Assembly: GCA_035221665.1 (NCBI GenBank)
Contig: CM069151.1
Location: 29,512,001 to 29,576,000 of the forward strand
Source: Okamejei kenojei
Lineage: Eukaryota
Length of the DNA: 64,000 nt
Direction: 5' to 3'
Shown one piece after another: positions 11,459-25,452 of this stretch (positions within the stretch are counted from its first letter, which is position 1; the number at the start of each line of letters is the position of its first letter). Below the pieces are notes generated by a model, which did not search any database, had not been told where the DNA came from, and saw only the letters and a list, made by a program, of their open reading frames with translations. The position numbers and the translations under genes were made by a program.

Positions 11459-12088
11459 TCTAATATTCAATTAGTATTCTGGTTTTCTTTCTCTGGACAA
11501 TTTTCAACGTGATTAGCTGCTGGGGCTGCTGGTGATATCAATGTTGCTATTGCCAGGGACACCCCTGAACTGTGACCAGACTTCAGCAAGCGGGAAGATC
11601 TTGCCACAGAGGTCATTAGATCTTGGTGGGAAACTTCACTGCTGGTGGCAAATACTTGACATTATTTTAAGAGCAGTTAAAAATAAACATAACAATGCTG
11701 CTAAAGAGTACATATTACTGGAATAATACTGATCTTGGTAACGTGTAGCTTATCGTCTTAAATTAGCAGGATAAAGGCAATTGATGATAAGAAACAACAC
11801 GTGTAAGACACATTGTTGACTTGCTTTAAATAAACAATATGTGTGGCTGGTGGGCACTTGAAAACCCTGTTGAGTTCTACTTAATGAAACGTTTATTCAA
11901 GGAAGGATGAATCCTTTTAGTCCCAGTTCTATGAGATAAAATTAAACTGCAATAATAATAAATCCAGGAAGGTTGCCCCGTCGACTGAATCATTTCAGTT
12001 GGAAAAGCCTGACATTTGGATGATCAACAAATAACAAAATATTTCATCGTAATATGCAGTGGGTAACAGGATGAGAAAGGAGGACAAG

Positions 12089-12323
12089 CGGGAAGGAATT
12101 TATTTGGCCAGAGGGTAGTGAATTTGTGGAATTCATTGTCGCAGATGGCTGTGGAGGCCAAGATATTGGGTACTTTTAAAACTGAGATTAACTGGTTCCT
12201 GATTAATAAGTTATGGGGAGAAGGCAGGTGAATGGGGTCGAGAGTGAAAAATAGATCAGTCATAATCGAATGTGGAGCAGGCTCGGTGGGCTGAATGGCC
12301 TAATTCTGTCCTATGTCTTATGA
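12089..12323 (+). mobile_element. CR1-type LINE 3' fragment
   Basis: cagagggtagtgaatttgtggaattcattg (QRVVNLWNSL) ... gggctgaatggcctaattct. Confidence 0.8.
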
Positions 12324-13537
12324 TCTAGGATTGTGCTACATTTAAATGGAACCTCTGCAAATTGATTTACATATTTTATGATTAAACATCCCTTTTAAAA
12401 ATGTATTGAAAGTTATTTAGAGCAGATTTTTTTCAAAGATGTAATTCTATCAAAAAAAAGGATTAATTCTTAGAGTTTATTTTCATCTTGTAAAACTGGG
12501 ACTAAAATGGGATAGGAATATACAAAATGAGAATGGAATGTTTGGCATCGTTGGTGTTCATCTCTCAAAGAGCACATGGGCGATGATATAAATGAACATG
12601 AGTTGGAGGCCCTACCTCTTTAAAAGTAATGGCATTAGTATAGATGTGTCCTCTTTGATTAGCAAGGAACCCAGCAGGTCAAGCAGCATTTGAGGAGCGA
12701 AAGAAATGGTAAACTTTTTGGGTTGATACCCTGCATCAGGATGCCGGCACCACAGATGCTGCTCGACCCGCTCGCTTCCCCCAGCGTATTATTTATTATC
12801 TCAGTGTGATTATTCCCAATTATAAATTATGTTTTTTTTCCCCCCTAATTTGAACACTAAGCTTTGTGGGTTTTTTTTTTAATGCTGGCAGTGTATCCAA
12901 TTGCATAAATACCCTGTTCTTGTGTGTGAACACTTTGTGATCCCATTATGTGGGGTGATTACTTTATAAGAGTCTGGAAGAAGCTTAAAGACTCAACATG
13001 TGTGTAGACGATGCCTTCTCCAATCTAAATATATGTGTACAGGTATCACAAGAATGGGATCTCTGCTTGTATCCATGTTTTTCAAGGCCTCTGTTGACTC
13101 TTAGTAAACTTTAGTTAACTTGGAGCTCCAAAATTAATTCCGATGACCACTCATGCAATTTTGTTGGTCGAGGGCCTTCATACGTGGTGCTGAGCGTGCA
13201 TGACACAACAAGCCATGATTCAAGGAATAGTGAGTTTATCTATCTCCTGTACCAAGCAAGTTGAATCCGTTGCATCCGAGTTGGAGACGATGCAGACTCC
13301 AGGCATTTAAGTGTCAAACCCACAGAAGAACAACAAAGAAACAGAATCTTCTTTGAGTTCAAATCCAGAACCAAACAATCTAGGCGTGATTTAACAAAAA
13401 AAACCTGTAAAGAGAGAAAAAAGCTCGTCAGGTACTAGGCTATCTTTGTCATTAATTTATTGCTGTGCAGGAGAGTCTAATGGTGTGTATGCATTTTAAT
13501 CATGGCTGTAATTTTCAGTCCAACACAAGAGCTTAAA

Positions 13538-13720
13538 AATAGGCACAAAAAGCTGGAGTATCTCAACGGGATAGGCAGCATCTCCGGAGAGAAGGAATGG
13601 GTGACATTTCGGTTCAAGATCCTTCTTCAGATTGAAGAAACCCGAAACGTCACCAATTCTTTCTCTACATTTTGTGTCTATCTTCGGTTTAAACCAGCAT
13701 CTGCCATTCCTTCCTACACA
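13538..13720. mobile_element. Penelope-derived inverted terminal-repeat element
   Basis: forward repeat ending ccttcttcaga immediately followed by the inverted ttgaagaaacccgaaacgtcacc...aaaccagcatctg. Confidence 0.65.
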
Positions 13721-14245
13721 GAAGAGCTTAAAGATCCAATCTTTGTTTGGGTTAAGTGTTTTGCTTTGCAGATAAACCTATATCTCTTTTAATGCATTAG
13801 GAAGACATTTACAAATATTGTATCCTGCATTCAGTGTCAGCAAGGTTGTTGATTTCCATAAAGTGGTTTATCAATCACATCTGGATCCATTAGCCAAACT
13901 CCCTAAGTAGTTCGGAAGTAGCTGCATATCACTGGGATTAATACATCTGCTCTCGCCTGGCAGATATAAGTTGCCGCAGAATTGGTTCAGAAGAATATTG
14001 ATATTATTCAGCTGGCTGCTTCAGGAGAAACTGCTTAAATATTGGACGGTGTTCCAAGAAATCCACAGATTGGTGTTTGATTTTATGAAGCTTTCCACTC
14101 CAGAAATGATTGGAAGAACATGCTATCCTTCCACAGGAGCTGGTGACCCTCTTTTCTTTTGACTTTCCTTTTCTGAAACACGCATTGCCCTCGCTGCCGT
14201 TCATTGTTCCACAGGTTGACTCTGTTCCTCTTTAGTGAAAGCACA

Positions 14246-14600
14246 CTTGAAAGGCCTGGCTAAAGTGAACGTGGAGAGGATGTTTCCACTAATGAGAGAG
14301 TCTAAGACGAGAGGCCATAGCCTCAGAATTAAAGGATTTACCTTTGGGAAGGAGATGAGGAAGAATTTCTTTAATCAGACGGTGGTGAATCTGTGGAATC
14401 CATTGCCACAGACAGCTGTGCAGGCCAAGTCAATGGATATTTTTAAGGCAGAGATTGACAGATTCTTCATTAGTAAGTGTGTCTGGGATTACGGGGAGAA
14501 GGCAGGAGAATGGGGTTGAGAGGGGTTGATAGTTCAGCCATGATTGAATGGCGGAGTAGATTTGATGTGCCGGATGCCCTAATATTGCTCCTAGAACATA
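14246..14600 (+). mobile_element. CR1-type LINE 3' fragment
   Basis: ORF VERMFPLMRESKTRGHSLRIKG...MRKNFFNQTVVNLWNPLP. Confidence 0.88.
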
Positions 14601-15182
14601 CGGCCTGACCTCTTGATAATTCCATCATCTTTGTTTGTTTTGTTTTGAATTTCCAGTATTTTTGGTTATCATCATTGTTGCTGTTGGTCTGTTGCCATCA
14701 TTGTGTGAGTGTGGATTACCCATTTAATTTCCCCTCTGTTGTGTTGGGGTTGACGAAGGATGGTGGCTGGGTTGTGCCCACGAGCTCATTACTGAGCAAG
14801 GATTTGTCATGTGTGATGGGTGTAAAAGACAGCACTATTTAATGAATAATGAATATAGATCTCCAACCACTAGAACCATTCTTTTATGTACTAACAATGT
14901 AAATTAATAGCAATTCCCATGTAGCTGGTAAGGAGGGTAGACATCTGCTAACCAGATGTTCAAACTGCCGTGTGTGGACTCATTTATTTTGCAGTTTGCT
15001 TCCAAACATACAGTTCAACCTCTTCTCAGTTGCCCTCAACAAATTTCCTGAACTCGCATATGGCATCATGCACAAATGTTGCTAATTTACTTGACCTATC
15101 TCTTAATGAAGAATAGAGAAAGAATGTAGTCCAAAAGATTTGTCTCAACTGTGCTCTTCTCCCTGTGACCTTAATTTAACCG

Positions 15183-15470
15183 TTTAGTTTAGTTTAGAGA
15201 TACAGCATGGAAGCAGGCCTTTCGACTCGCTGGGTGCACACCGCCCTACGATCCCCGCATATTAACACTATCCTACACACACCAGGGATGATTTTTACAT
15301 TCACCAAGCCAATGTTCCTACATACATGTATGTCTTTGCAGTGTGGGAGGAAACTGAAGATCTCAGAAAAAACCCATGCTGTCAAGGGGAGAATGTACAA
15401 TCTCCGTACAGACAGGACCTATAGTCGAACCCAGGTCTCTGTTGCAACGCTACTGGTGCGCCACCACGCG
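15183..15470 (-). mobile_element. V-domain SINE
   Basis: (gttta)n tail, gagatacagcatggaagcaggcc, gtgtgggaggaaactgaagatctc. Confidence 0.8.
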
Positions 15471-16630
15471 CCTCTGATATTTATCTTATTGTGAACCTCA
15501 TTCCATATGAAACCTACAAAATCTTTTCTCGATAGAGAGTCTCAATCCGAAATGTAGACTGTCCATTTCCCTCCACAGATACTGCCTGACCATTCGAGTT
15601 ACTTCAGCTGCTCTTCTCCCTTTTCCTATAGATCCCAGCATCTGCAACTTGTGCCTTCAAATCTTCTTCCACCTCTATGTGCCTCTTTTCCTTGTTCAAA
15701 CTTTACCCTTTAAATACTTCAAGATTTCGATTCATTTTTTGTGCTGCAGTATTTAATTTGAAGCACAATAACCACATTTGCTCAACTTTAAAGTGACCTG
15801 CATTTTTAAGGCAGTGATAGATAGCTCATTCCTTCCCTCCAGAGATGCTGCCTGTCCCGCTAAGTTACTCCAGCATTTTGTCTCTATCTTCGACAGAGAT
15901 CTATAGATTTCTGCAGTGTAGATTCCCATCCTCCTGATATTAAGTTAATCCCTTGTAAGCTCCCAAGGAATCTGGTGTCCGGTGCTATTGCCATCATGGA
16001 ATAGATTGAGCAGCTGATCACAAGAAAGATCTTATAGAGCAAGTGAGGTATTTAAAAAGGTCTCCTGTTGTGCCATCTTACCAACATTTGTACAGAGAGT
16101 GAGATCAAAATAGGGATGGACACGTAACAATGAGGTAGAAGATAAAATATCAAAGTCTAGAAACCAATAAGTATGTTTTTTTGAGAGATTTACTGCAAAT
16201 AGGTATATAGCAATGAGAAAAAAACATGTTGGAAAGCCTTGGAGAGAGAAAGGGAATGTTGTAAAGTTAAACCAATTAGTCCAAGATGCACGAAAGAAGA
16301 TGGGCAAAAAAGGAAACATTGAGAGTGGGGAATTGGGAAAACATCAAAGAGTGGTAAGGCGGCAAGAAAATAGAAAAAAGACTTAGACCTTCTTCTGAAT
16401 GGTTGAACAATTGGACAGAAAATTGATATTTTTGTCAATGATAAAATTTCTAACCAATTATGCCAAAGTGGTGGATTCTCGAGAAACGAGTGTAATCTGA
16501 TTGTACATAGTTTACTGAACAAAAAAGCATGGATGCTGGAAATCTTAAACTAAAAAAGAAAATGCTGTAAGCACTCAGCAGTTCAGTGAAGAGGGAAATG
16601 GTCAATGATCCAGTCAATAATCCTTCATCA

Positions 16631-16925
16631 GTTTAGTTTAGAGATACAGCGTGGAAACAGACCCTTTTCTGCCCACCGATCCACGCCGACCAACGATCAC
16701 CTGTGCGCTAGATCTATCCTACACAGTTAGACAATTTACAGAAGCCAATTAACCAATTAATCTTGGTGTTTCGGGGATGTGAGAGGAAACCTGAGCGCCC
16801 AGAGAAACCCAATGTGATCACACGGAGAACATACAAGCTCCACATAGACAGCACCCATAGTCAGGATCAAACCTGGGTATCTGGCGCTGTAAGGCAGCAT
16901 CTGTACTGCTGCACGACTGTGCCAC
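16631..16925 (-). mobile_element. V-domain SINE
   Basis: gtttagtttagagatacagcgtggaaacag...gtcaggatcaaacctggg...ggcagcatctgtactgctgcac. Confidence 0.8.
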
Positions 16926-17829
16926 CCTTTCCCTAACTGCTGATTTGCCTGTTCCATCTTCCACTAACACATGTGCGTTCTCACACTTTCTTCTTAACTG
17001 GTTCAGAAGAAGAATCATTGACTTGAAACATCCTGTTTTTCTCTCTGCTGGTTGTGCCTGACTTACCAGTGTTCTTTGTTTTTGTCTTGTAATTAGTATT
17101 TGCTGGATTAATGAGTCAGTGGACATCTTGATAATGACAACTGATAATTGGTAGATAAGAAATAGAGCCACAAGCGATTGCAGATGCTGGGATATTGTAC
17201 AAAACACAAAGCATTGGAGAAACTCAGTGGGTCAGGCAGTAACTGGGAAGGGAATGGACAGATGCTGTTTCGGGTCTGTCTGTTCATCTTACTTCACAGT
17301 TGCTGCTTGATCCATTGAGTTCCTCCAGCTCTATTTTTGTGTACTTTGTACAATAAACTTTTGAAAGTGTTTGAAATCCATTGCAGGTCTACTGACTTTG
17401 AAAATAGGAAGAAGTGGATAATGTACTAGTATATTAGCCTGCTTTCACCATTTGAAGATATTTGCAAACAAACTCTGTTTTCATGATTTTCTGTTATTAA
17501 CACCAGATTGCCAGCATTTGCAGTGCTGTCACTTTCCTCTGTTTAGTTCTACATTTTGCAATGTTTAAACAATTTAAACACCATAGACCAGCAAAAAAAA
17601 AACAATTATTAGCTCAGTTTCTCTGGAGGGGAAGGGTTTATGTTCTCTATAACTGTTGAAATCATATATGAAAGATACAGAACACTATATCTTTTGAGAT
17701 CAAATTAACACTTATTGCTTCAGATCAACTTACATATACAGGAAAATTAGATTTCAATAAAGCATAGCATTTAATAACGTTGATAAATTAAAACAAAGTT
17801 AATTGTAAGAAAGAAAGTGCTGCTTTGAT

Positions 17830-18099
17830 GTTTGAACCACCTGACTCAGGAACAGCTTCATTCCCAGAGCTATAGCGGCTCTGAACCGGCCCTGCTGAGT
17901 GCCCCCCCACCCCCATGGACTGTCTCCCTCGGCCTCGCACTTTAGTCGGTGTTGATTTTACTGGTCTAATGTTCGTTTTTACAAACCTTGTTCTCAGGGT
18001 ATTTAAACCTAAATTTTATTTGTCGATTAAGTTATGACATTGGATGGAAGTTGCAAACCAAATCTCGTTCCACTTATGTGTAATGACAATAAATTATAA

Positions 18100-18133
<34 letters not shown>
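17830..18133 (+). mobile_element. Rex1/Babar-type LINE 3' end with (ATT)n tail
   Basis: ctcaggaacagcttcattcccagagctata (LRNSFIPRAI), a 3' UTR, aataaa, then an ATT tandem tail. Confidence 0.7.
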
Positions 18134-18135
<2 letters not shown>

Positions 18136-19653
18136 ATGCATGATGTATAAAGTTAACAAAACTGGCTTTCAGAAGTGAACACAGGCGCACACACACACAC
18201 ACACCCTCTCCCTCCCCCCCCCCCCCCCCCCCTCCCCCATGCTGTATGTTAAATGGATGCAACATTTCTACCTGGTGCCGCTTGAACAATTTTCCTTTTG
18301 ATCCATCCTAAAATAAGAAACACACCTCAATGATTATCTTGCCACCCCTCCAACAAAGTATTTTCTGGGAGAAGTTCCATCATTAAAACAACGAGACAGT
18401 GAAATGATGTCTGTTGTCAATAGCAATAATAAGCTGATTTACCGGTAATGTAGAAAATGAACATTTCCCTTTCAGCAGGTGAAATCTGTGTAATCATAAG
18501 CCCTAGTAGTGTATTCTCAGCACCTAATTAGGCCACCAGCATAGCGAAGTATAGATATGAAGATGAACTTCAAAAGGTGACTATCTTTTCGACTTGAAGC
18601 TGATTGCAGAGTGATAAAATCATGTTCGCATTTCGAAAGACTGTAGATTAAAAGCTGAATTCACATTGTGACAATTCTGTTGAGTTTTAGATTGATCTCT
18701 TGAAATGGATACTGTATTTATAATCCGGGCACGTACCCACTTTATAAGCTACTAGCCCAAGCTCCCTGCTTTAGTGCTTTAACTTAAAAGCAATGTCATG
18801 TTTAAAAGTAAATTCTATTTTTACTGACCTAATCACTCCTCTCATTAATATTTGAAATCTAGGACATCTTTGATATTAATGCAAAATAAAATGTATCAGA
18901 GGATTGACAATCTTTCCACTCCTAAACGCTGCAGCTGGACTTAACGACCTTGTACATTCTACCATATTGGAATGGGAATAGGGGATTACTTACTTTGCAG
19001 AAATCCCATTCTGTCATTTACAAAAATTTAAATGAATCATTCCAATTAGCATTTTAAAAATCTTGAAGGAAAGTCTCTCCCCTGTGACTGTTGTCTTTTA
19101 TGCACTCATTGTCAAAGCATCGACACATTCTGCTTTGATGCAGGTGTCTGTCTTTGATAGTGTTGTCTCCACATGCGCCACAGCTGAAGTGTCAGCAAAC
19201 ATGCCGTAGCCTGTTAATGACTCTGGAATCCATGCTAAATCCTGCACATAAGCCTGTAAAATGCTTGTAATTTCCACTTATCGCCTTCAAGTATATCAGT
19301 AAAAAGAGAATTACCAAAAGTGAGATGGACCTCCAGAGATTGTCAATTTACATATCATCAAAGCCCGCAGGGGCATTCAATCAGCACAATGCCGATAGAA
19401 AGAAGGTATATTCTGCCGAGGCTGAAGGTAATAGGACGGTTAATAAACTGCGGAAGGCAAAGCAAAAGTCTTAATCAATACATCAACAATGCACAAGTTG
19501 TAACTTTTTGTGTACCCACAAGTTGTAACTGCCTTGTTAAAGCAATACCCAACAAATTCCCATACATTAACCCCAACTCATAGAAAGTTAATTCAATGCA
19601 AGTTCCTCAAAAGCTTTCTTCTACTGTTTTCAAATTAGCCCTCCTAGAATAAT

Positions 19654-20010
19654 AGTCATGGAGTTATACAGCATGGAAACAGGCCCTTCAGCCCAACTTG
19701 CCTGTGCTGAACAAGATGCCCCATCTACCCCAGTGCCGCCAGTCCCCATTTGGCCCATATCCCTCTAAACCTGAACCTTTTCCACTCCAACAGTCATAGA
19801 ATATAGATAAGTACCGTTCAGGAACGGAACCCTCCGCCCATAATTTCAGTGCCGATCATGACATCAACTTAATCTCCTCTGCTTGCACGTGACTTGTATT
19901 CCACCATTCCCTGCACACCAATGTGCCTTTCTAAAAGCCTCTTAAAAGCCATGCCAGTATCTGCTTGCATCACCTCTCCAGGCAGTGCATTCAAGGCACA
20001 CACCACTCAT
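19654..20010 (-). mobile_element. CR1-type LINE 3' fragments (two adjacent)
   Basis: atacagcatggaaacaggcccttcagcccaacttg...tttggcccatatccctctaaacc, then ccaggcagtgcattcaaggcacacaccactc (minus strand: VV-ALNALP). Confidence 0.65.
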
Positions 20011-20680
20011 CCTTACCTGTAGTGAGATGCAATACTTAAGCATTAAAGTTCTCCAACATTCTAATCAGGTTACAAACTCAGGTTAGTAATTTACTAACGG
20101 AGACAAACTCAGAGTGAAGAAGGGTCCTGACCTGAAACATCACCTATCCACATTCTCTAGAGATTCTGACTGACCCGCTGAGTTACTCCACCACTTTGTG
20201 TCGTTTTTGTAAACCAGCATCTGCAGTTCCTTGTTTCTTCAAACTCGGTCCTTCCCCACAAGAATTTCTACAAGATCCAGTGATGACTTTTGCTCTCCTG
20301 CTAATCGTGAAGGAATTTGTTTTAAATTAATTGTACAGCTGCTAAAAATGGTTTGCCTGACCTGCTTCTTCTGCTCTCTTGTATTTATATTCATGAAGTG
20401 CAGGCTAGTTAGAACAAATTTACTCTTCATCAGTGAACGACAATCAAATTAAAAGGGAAATAATAGAGTTCATGATACTTTATAAGAATTAAATAGTTGA
20501 GCGGTTGATGAATTGCAATCATTGCAAATTGAGATTTTTGTTCATCTAAACTGGATTAGTATGTTTTTTTTAATTGGATTATTTCCACCGATATTCTAAC
20601 CTGTTGCTATTTTTATGTGCATCTGTGTGTCTTATATTCCTGTCTCTCTATATGTACCTGTCACTTTACCGTTACAATAG

Positions 20681-20749
20681 GAACTCGGTCTTGTTATCAC
20701 AGGAACTCTGCCAGTCTTCAACCTAACGAAAGATGCTAGTGGAAACCAG
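20681..20749 (+). CDS. CACNA2D1: alpha2-delta-1-like exon (~exon 16)
   Basis: caatag|GAA...CAG|gtatgt; ELGLVITGTLPVFNLTKDASGNQ (N-L-T sequon); 69 nt. Confidence 0.93.
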
Positions 20750-21909
20750 GTATGTTTTACATTGGAGATTGCGGTATTGTCTGCCTTTTTCAAAATATTG
20801 TGGAACAGTTTTGCTACAAAAACTCTACTGCAAGTTATACTTGACATTGTTATGAAGTAGAGATTCTGTAAAAGACTGTTCAAATGTTCACATATCAACA
20901 AACATTTCTGCTATTTCTAGCATAATTTGAACTTGTGCTGATCAGAACTTCTGCAGAAGCTGTCTTGCAGTCTTTCAACCCTACCAGGAATTAAAGAAAC
21001 ATTTTTACAATTACACTCTTCAGATGTGATAATGCCAGGCTGAAGCTGAGCCCAAACAATGAGGACCCGAAAGGTCTCTCTTGATACCCTTTTAATGGGT
21101 CTCAGTTTTATCCACAGTTTAAAAGGCCATGTGGTTATACCTTCCTTCAGAGACAAAGTTTGCCATGGCAGTCCGGTCCTCAATCTGTCCTCTAGGTTCC
21201 TTCACAATTTGACTCTGGCTACAAGAACATAATTCTTGCGAGCACTTTATCTTTTCCTGTCTTTCCACCATCCTTCTTCCAGCCACCGGTGAAGGACAGT
21301 AGAGAATCCATTGGGGCTTGACTGCCTGGTGATGGAATAACCGCGGGAGTCTGCCATGAAATGTTCAACATTTCAGTGCTCACGTAACACTCAGTGTGGT
21401 TTTTTAACCCTGGGGAATATGGTCGTAGCTCTCAAGAGTGTGGTTAATAGTGTGCACCATCCCGAGGCACCATCCAGTTGTCAGTAAGAATTTCTGCTTG
21501 CTTGACATTAATCCATTTGAGCTCTGGCTGAAAACCTGCCTCGTTCCTCTCACGGACTACTGATAGCAAGTGAGACAAGCGAAAAACAAGCCAAAAGTTG
21601 CAAAAAGAGACCAAAATAGTTATTATAGATGTTATTGATCAGTGGCTGGAATTAAAATGAAAGAGAATGGTGAAGTAGGATACAGAGAAAAACAGTTTGC
21701 ATTTTTATAGAGCCTTTAATAAAGTGAATTATTGCATGGGATAAATATATTAGAAGTATGGAATGTGTTGTTCATTCTTTTTTCAATACATCTCAGATGA
21801 ATGTTATAACTGATTTCAGTTTTGAAGTGTTATAACTGATTTCAGTGCAGCGCCAAGAAGATTTTAAGTAAAATCAAATTTGAATTTCCCAGATCTGGCA
21901 CACACCAGC

Positions 21910-22145
21910 TCAGATTAATAACCATCATGCGACCATGATAACCTTTTGACTCTAAAATATTTTTGTTGGAACATCGGAACATAATTGTGATAGAATAGCA
22001 AGAGATGAAATCTTTACAGTGCTTTATGCAAGGGTTTAACCTGGTGTTTTGAGTTGGTTTTGTGCCAAACACTCTTCACCACACAATGATTAACGTAAGT
22101 ATCAAGGATCCTGCAGAATATTTAGATTTAAATAGCCAATGATTA
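21910..22145 (+). repeat. copy 1 of an ~235 bp diverged dispersed repeat (unclassified)
   Basis: hand alignment to 24134-24365: about 190 of 236 columns identical (~80%), one 3-nt and one 1-nt indel. Confidence 0.85.
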
Positions 22146-22278
22146 AAAACATTGTTTGCCTCCATGTCACTAAATATAAAAGGTGCCGAATAAAAGTGAA
22201 ATAAATGAACATTGTGTAAGAGATAATCTTTTTTTTTTGAAATATATTGAGCGGTATTTTGACCATCTGAACTTTCAG

Positions 22279-22353
22279 AACCAGTTGATTCTTGGCGTGA
22301 TGGGCATTGATGTATCTCTAGCTGATGTAAAGAGGCTCACACCGCGTTACACT
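22279..22353 (+). CDS. CACNA2D1: alpha2-delta-1-like exon (~exon 17)
   Basis: tttcag|AAC...ACT|gtaagt; [25 protein letters not shown]; 75 nt. Confidence 0.95.
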
Positions 22354-22466
22354 GTAAGTATAGTTCAGAGATCCTCTCAGGACATTTACCTTCACCTTCG
22401 GCACTCCATTTAACCCTGCCTCTGAGTTGTTGCGTGGGCATTGTAAAGATACTGTATGTTGGCTCT

Positions 22467-22760
22467 AGTTTAGTTTAATTTAGAGATACAGCACGGTAAC
22501 AGACCCTTTGGCCCACCAAGTCCACTCCGACCAGCGATCCCCACACATTAACACTATCCTATACACACTAGGGACAATTTACAACTATACCAAGCCAATT
22601 AACTGACAAACCTGTACGTCTTTTGAGTGTGGGAGGAAACCGGGGAAAAACTCACGCAGGTCACGGGGAGAACGTACAAACTCTGTAAAGGCAGCACCCG
22701 TAGTCAAGATCGACACAGGCCTCTGGCGCTGGAAGGCAGCACCTCTAGCGCTGCGCCACT
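22467..22760 (-). mobile_element. V-domain SINE
   Basis: gtttagtttaatttagagatacagc...caggtcacggggagaacgtacaaactc...ggcagcacctctagcgctgcgccac. Confidence 0.85.
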
Positions 22761-23875
22761 GAGCTGTCCCCTGTGCAGAAGTGGGAAAGTGCCAGCAAAT
22801 CTGGGATATGCATGTTTGAATGTGCAAGCCCCAAACATCCTGGTTGTTAGTTGCCAATAATTCCTGGACTGTGGCCAAGTCTTGGCAATTCCCCAGCGCT
22901 AAAATTAGAGAATCTGACAGCTGGTTCCTACTGCAGGAACAGCATCCTCCATCAGTTCAATGATCTACAATGGACTAAAGTAGTTCTTAACTCATATACT
23001 TTATTTTTCATTGAATTTATTAAAATATTTGTTTTAGTTTCCATTGAAAAAATCATTGAAAAAATAGTTATTTTGCTTGTTCCTGTATGATCCTAATGGA
23101 AGAACCATGTCTGACAGCTTTCACAGCTGTCTGAGCCAGGGATGCGGTTTAATAGTCCAATATTTGTCATAATGTCCAGCAATTTGGTGGCCATGGCTTT
23201 ACTCTGCACCTTGCCCCACTCTCACCACACTGTTTCATTATCCCTCATCCCTCCTGCCACAGCAGGCCCATCCATGGTAGGGATTGGGATGAGGAGGTAG
23301 TGGCTGGGAAATTATATTTAGTCCATAATGGGTCAGGTTTCCTGCCCATGATCATTGTCTTGCTGCCTGTTTTATACATTTTATCTGCGAGCTTCTGCTT
23401 TATACACAGACCTTCTATCCAGTGGGCTACATGTTGATGCTTCTGAAGAAAATATAATTGCATTATCTTCAGAGTAGGTTTACATCAGTAAATGGTTCAA
23501 GTAATGAATAGAATAGCTAATTCAACGTTTAAAATACTTAAATTGAAAATTATATCAAATGTTTAATGGATTTGCCGCTGTAATTCATGGTTGGCTTTAC
23601 TCGCATACTGAATGCGCACTAATTACTTTAAATTTGATAGGTAATTATACTTAATTATAGTTATACCACATTGGCATAAAGACAGTCTAAACATCAAGAA
23701 GTTCAGCTATAATCTTCTGAAGGTGTATGCTTGCACACTAGTAACGTGCCACTGTATTTTAATGAAATGTAGATCTGCATTTTTTGTTGAATAACATAAC
23801 AGTAATTTAAATGTTTTCTTTAATTTTGCATAAAATCCGTGATATTGAATTATAAAAATCTTTTTACTGTTATAA

Positions 23876-23974
<99 letters not shown>

Positions 23975-24133
23975 TAGATTCTCATAGTAAATGCATGAGA
24001 ATCTTCTAGCTCAGGCGTTTAAGAAGACAGTGACTTGTAATGAAATTGTTAAAATGGGATAACCTAAAATTGCCAGAATGTAGCATGCCAGATATTTATT
24101 GATTTTGGTTATTTGACACTCACCACTTGCTAT

Positions 24134-24365
24134 TCAGATCAATAACTATTGTGTGACTGTGATAACCCTTTGACTCTAAAATATTTTTATTGTAACGTTG
24201 GAACGTAATTGTAATAGAACAGGAGATGACATTTTTATTGTGCTTTACGTGAGGGCATAACCTGGTGATTTGATTTAGATTTGTACCAAATACTCTTAAC
24301 CACACAATGATAAATATAAATGTCAGGGACCGTGGAGACCATTTAGATTTAAATAGCCAAGATTA
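24134..24365 (+). repeat. copy 2 of the ~235 bp diverged dispersed repeat
   Basis: direct-orientation paralog of 21910-22145 (shared tttgactctaaaatattttt, accacacaatgat, atttagatttaaatagccaa). Confidence 0.85.
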
Positions 24366-25452
24366 GGTTCAATTTTTATTTGAACAGGTATTTAGTTGGT
24401 TGCATAAAGAAAATGACCACATTTGCACCTTTACTTTGAATTGGCCTTCATCTGTCAAAACTATTTAATGCAATTTCTGTGTAATTGCCTATTAGCCTAG
24501 TTTGATATTGGGTGGAATTTTGGAAGCCGGGTAATAATGTGATCTTGCTCTCGTAAAATATCCAGCTGAACGTGCTGAGTTAATTGTGAATGTGACTGTA
24601 TTATGTATAAGCCACAATTATTAATAATGTGGCACCTCTTTAATGATAATAGTTTAACCTATTTAGAAATGTATGCCCTACTTGTTTCTAACTGGTTCTT
24701 TTTCAATTTAATCTTATCAGAATAGTACCTTCTGATATATTTTGGATATTCTCAATTAACTGCTCTGTGCTACATTGTACAATATCAAGGTGAACATGAT
24801 AAATGATATGTGCAGAATATAAAGATCAATGGGACTTATCACTTTTGTGGAAGTTTTATTCTGCGTAAATAATAGGAATAGGAATTATAAGGAATAAAAG
24901 TTTTTAGCTATTGTACTGATGTGAAGAAAGTAAATCTGTGGAGATCAGTGCAAATCTGTGCATATCTGACAACAGTGGTGTTGTGTTACAATGTGGAAGC
25001 CAGGAGTCCTCTGGGTGTCAAATGCAGACTTCCCTGATATTTTGCTGGAGGTTATTTGAATCAGATTGCTAACTTGGAATTAAAGGGTAGGTAGACAGAA
25101 CATTGGTTAATTATTAAGTATATTTTGAAATAAATTTATATTTTTTATCAATGATTTTTAAATTATCTATCTTAGTTTCAACTGTGTTTTGATATCTCTG
25201 GTCAAAGGAGACATTTAGGAAGAGTTGAAAAGGTCTTTGACAAAGACCATCAGGCCACTATGGAAACAAGGCCACGTGATCCACCAACTGATTGTGAGCA
25301 CTCTGCTTAGTGAGGATAGACACAGCAGTGAAACCTGTACGTTGTTTGCACAGCCACAGTAGGTTAATGTGGCCGCTGAGATAACATGGGGAGTGAGATC
25401 AACGGACGTGACTGGTCCTGAACTGGACAGAAATGAACATGAGTGAATACAA

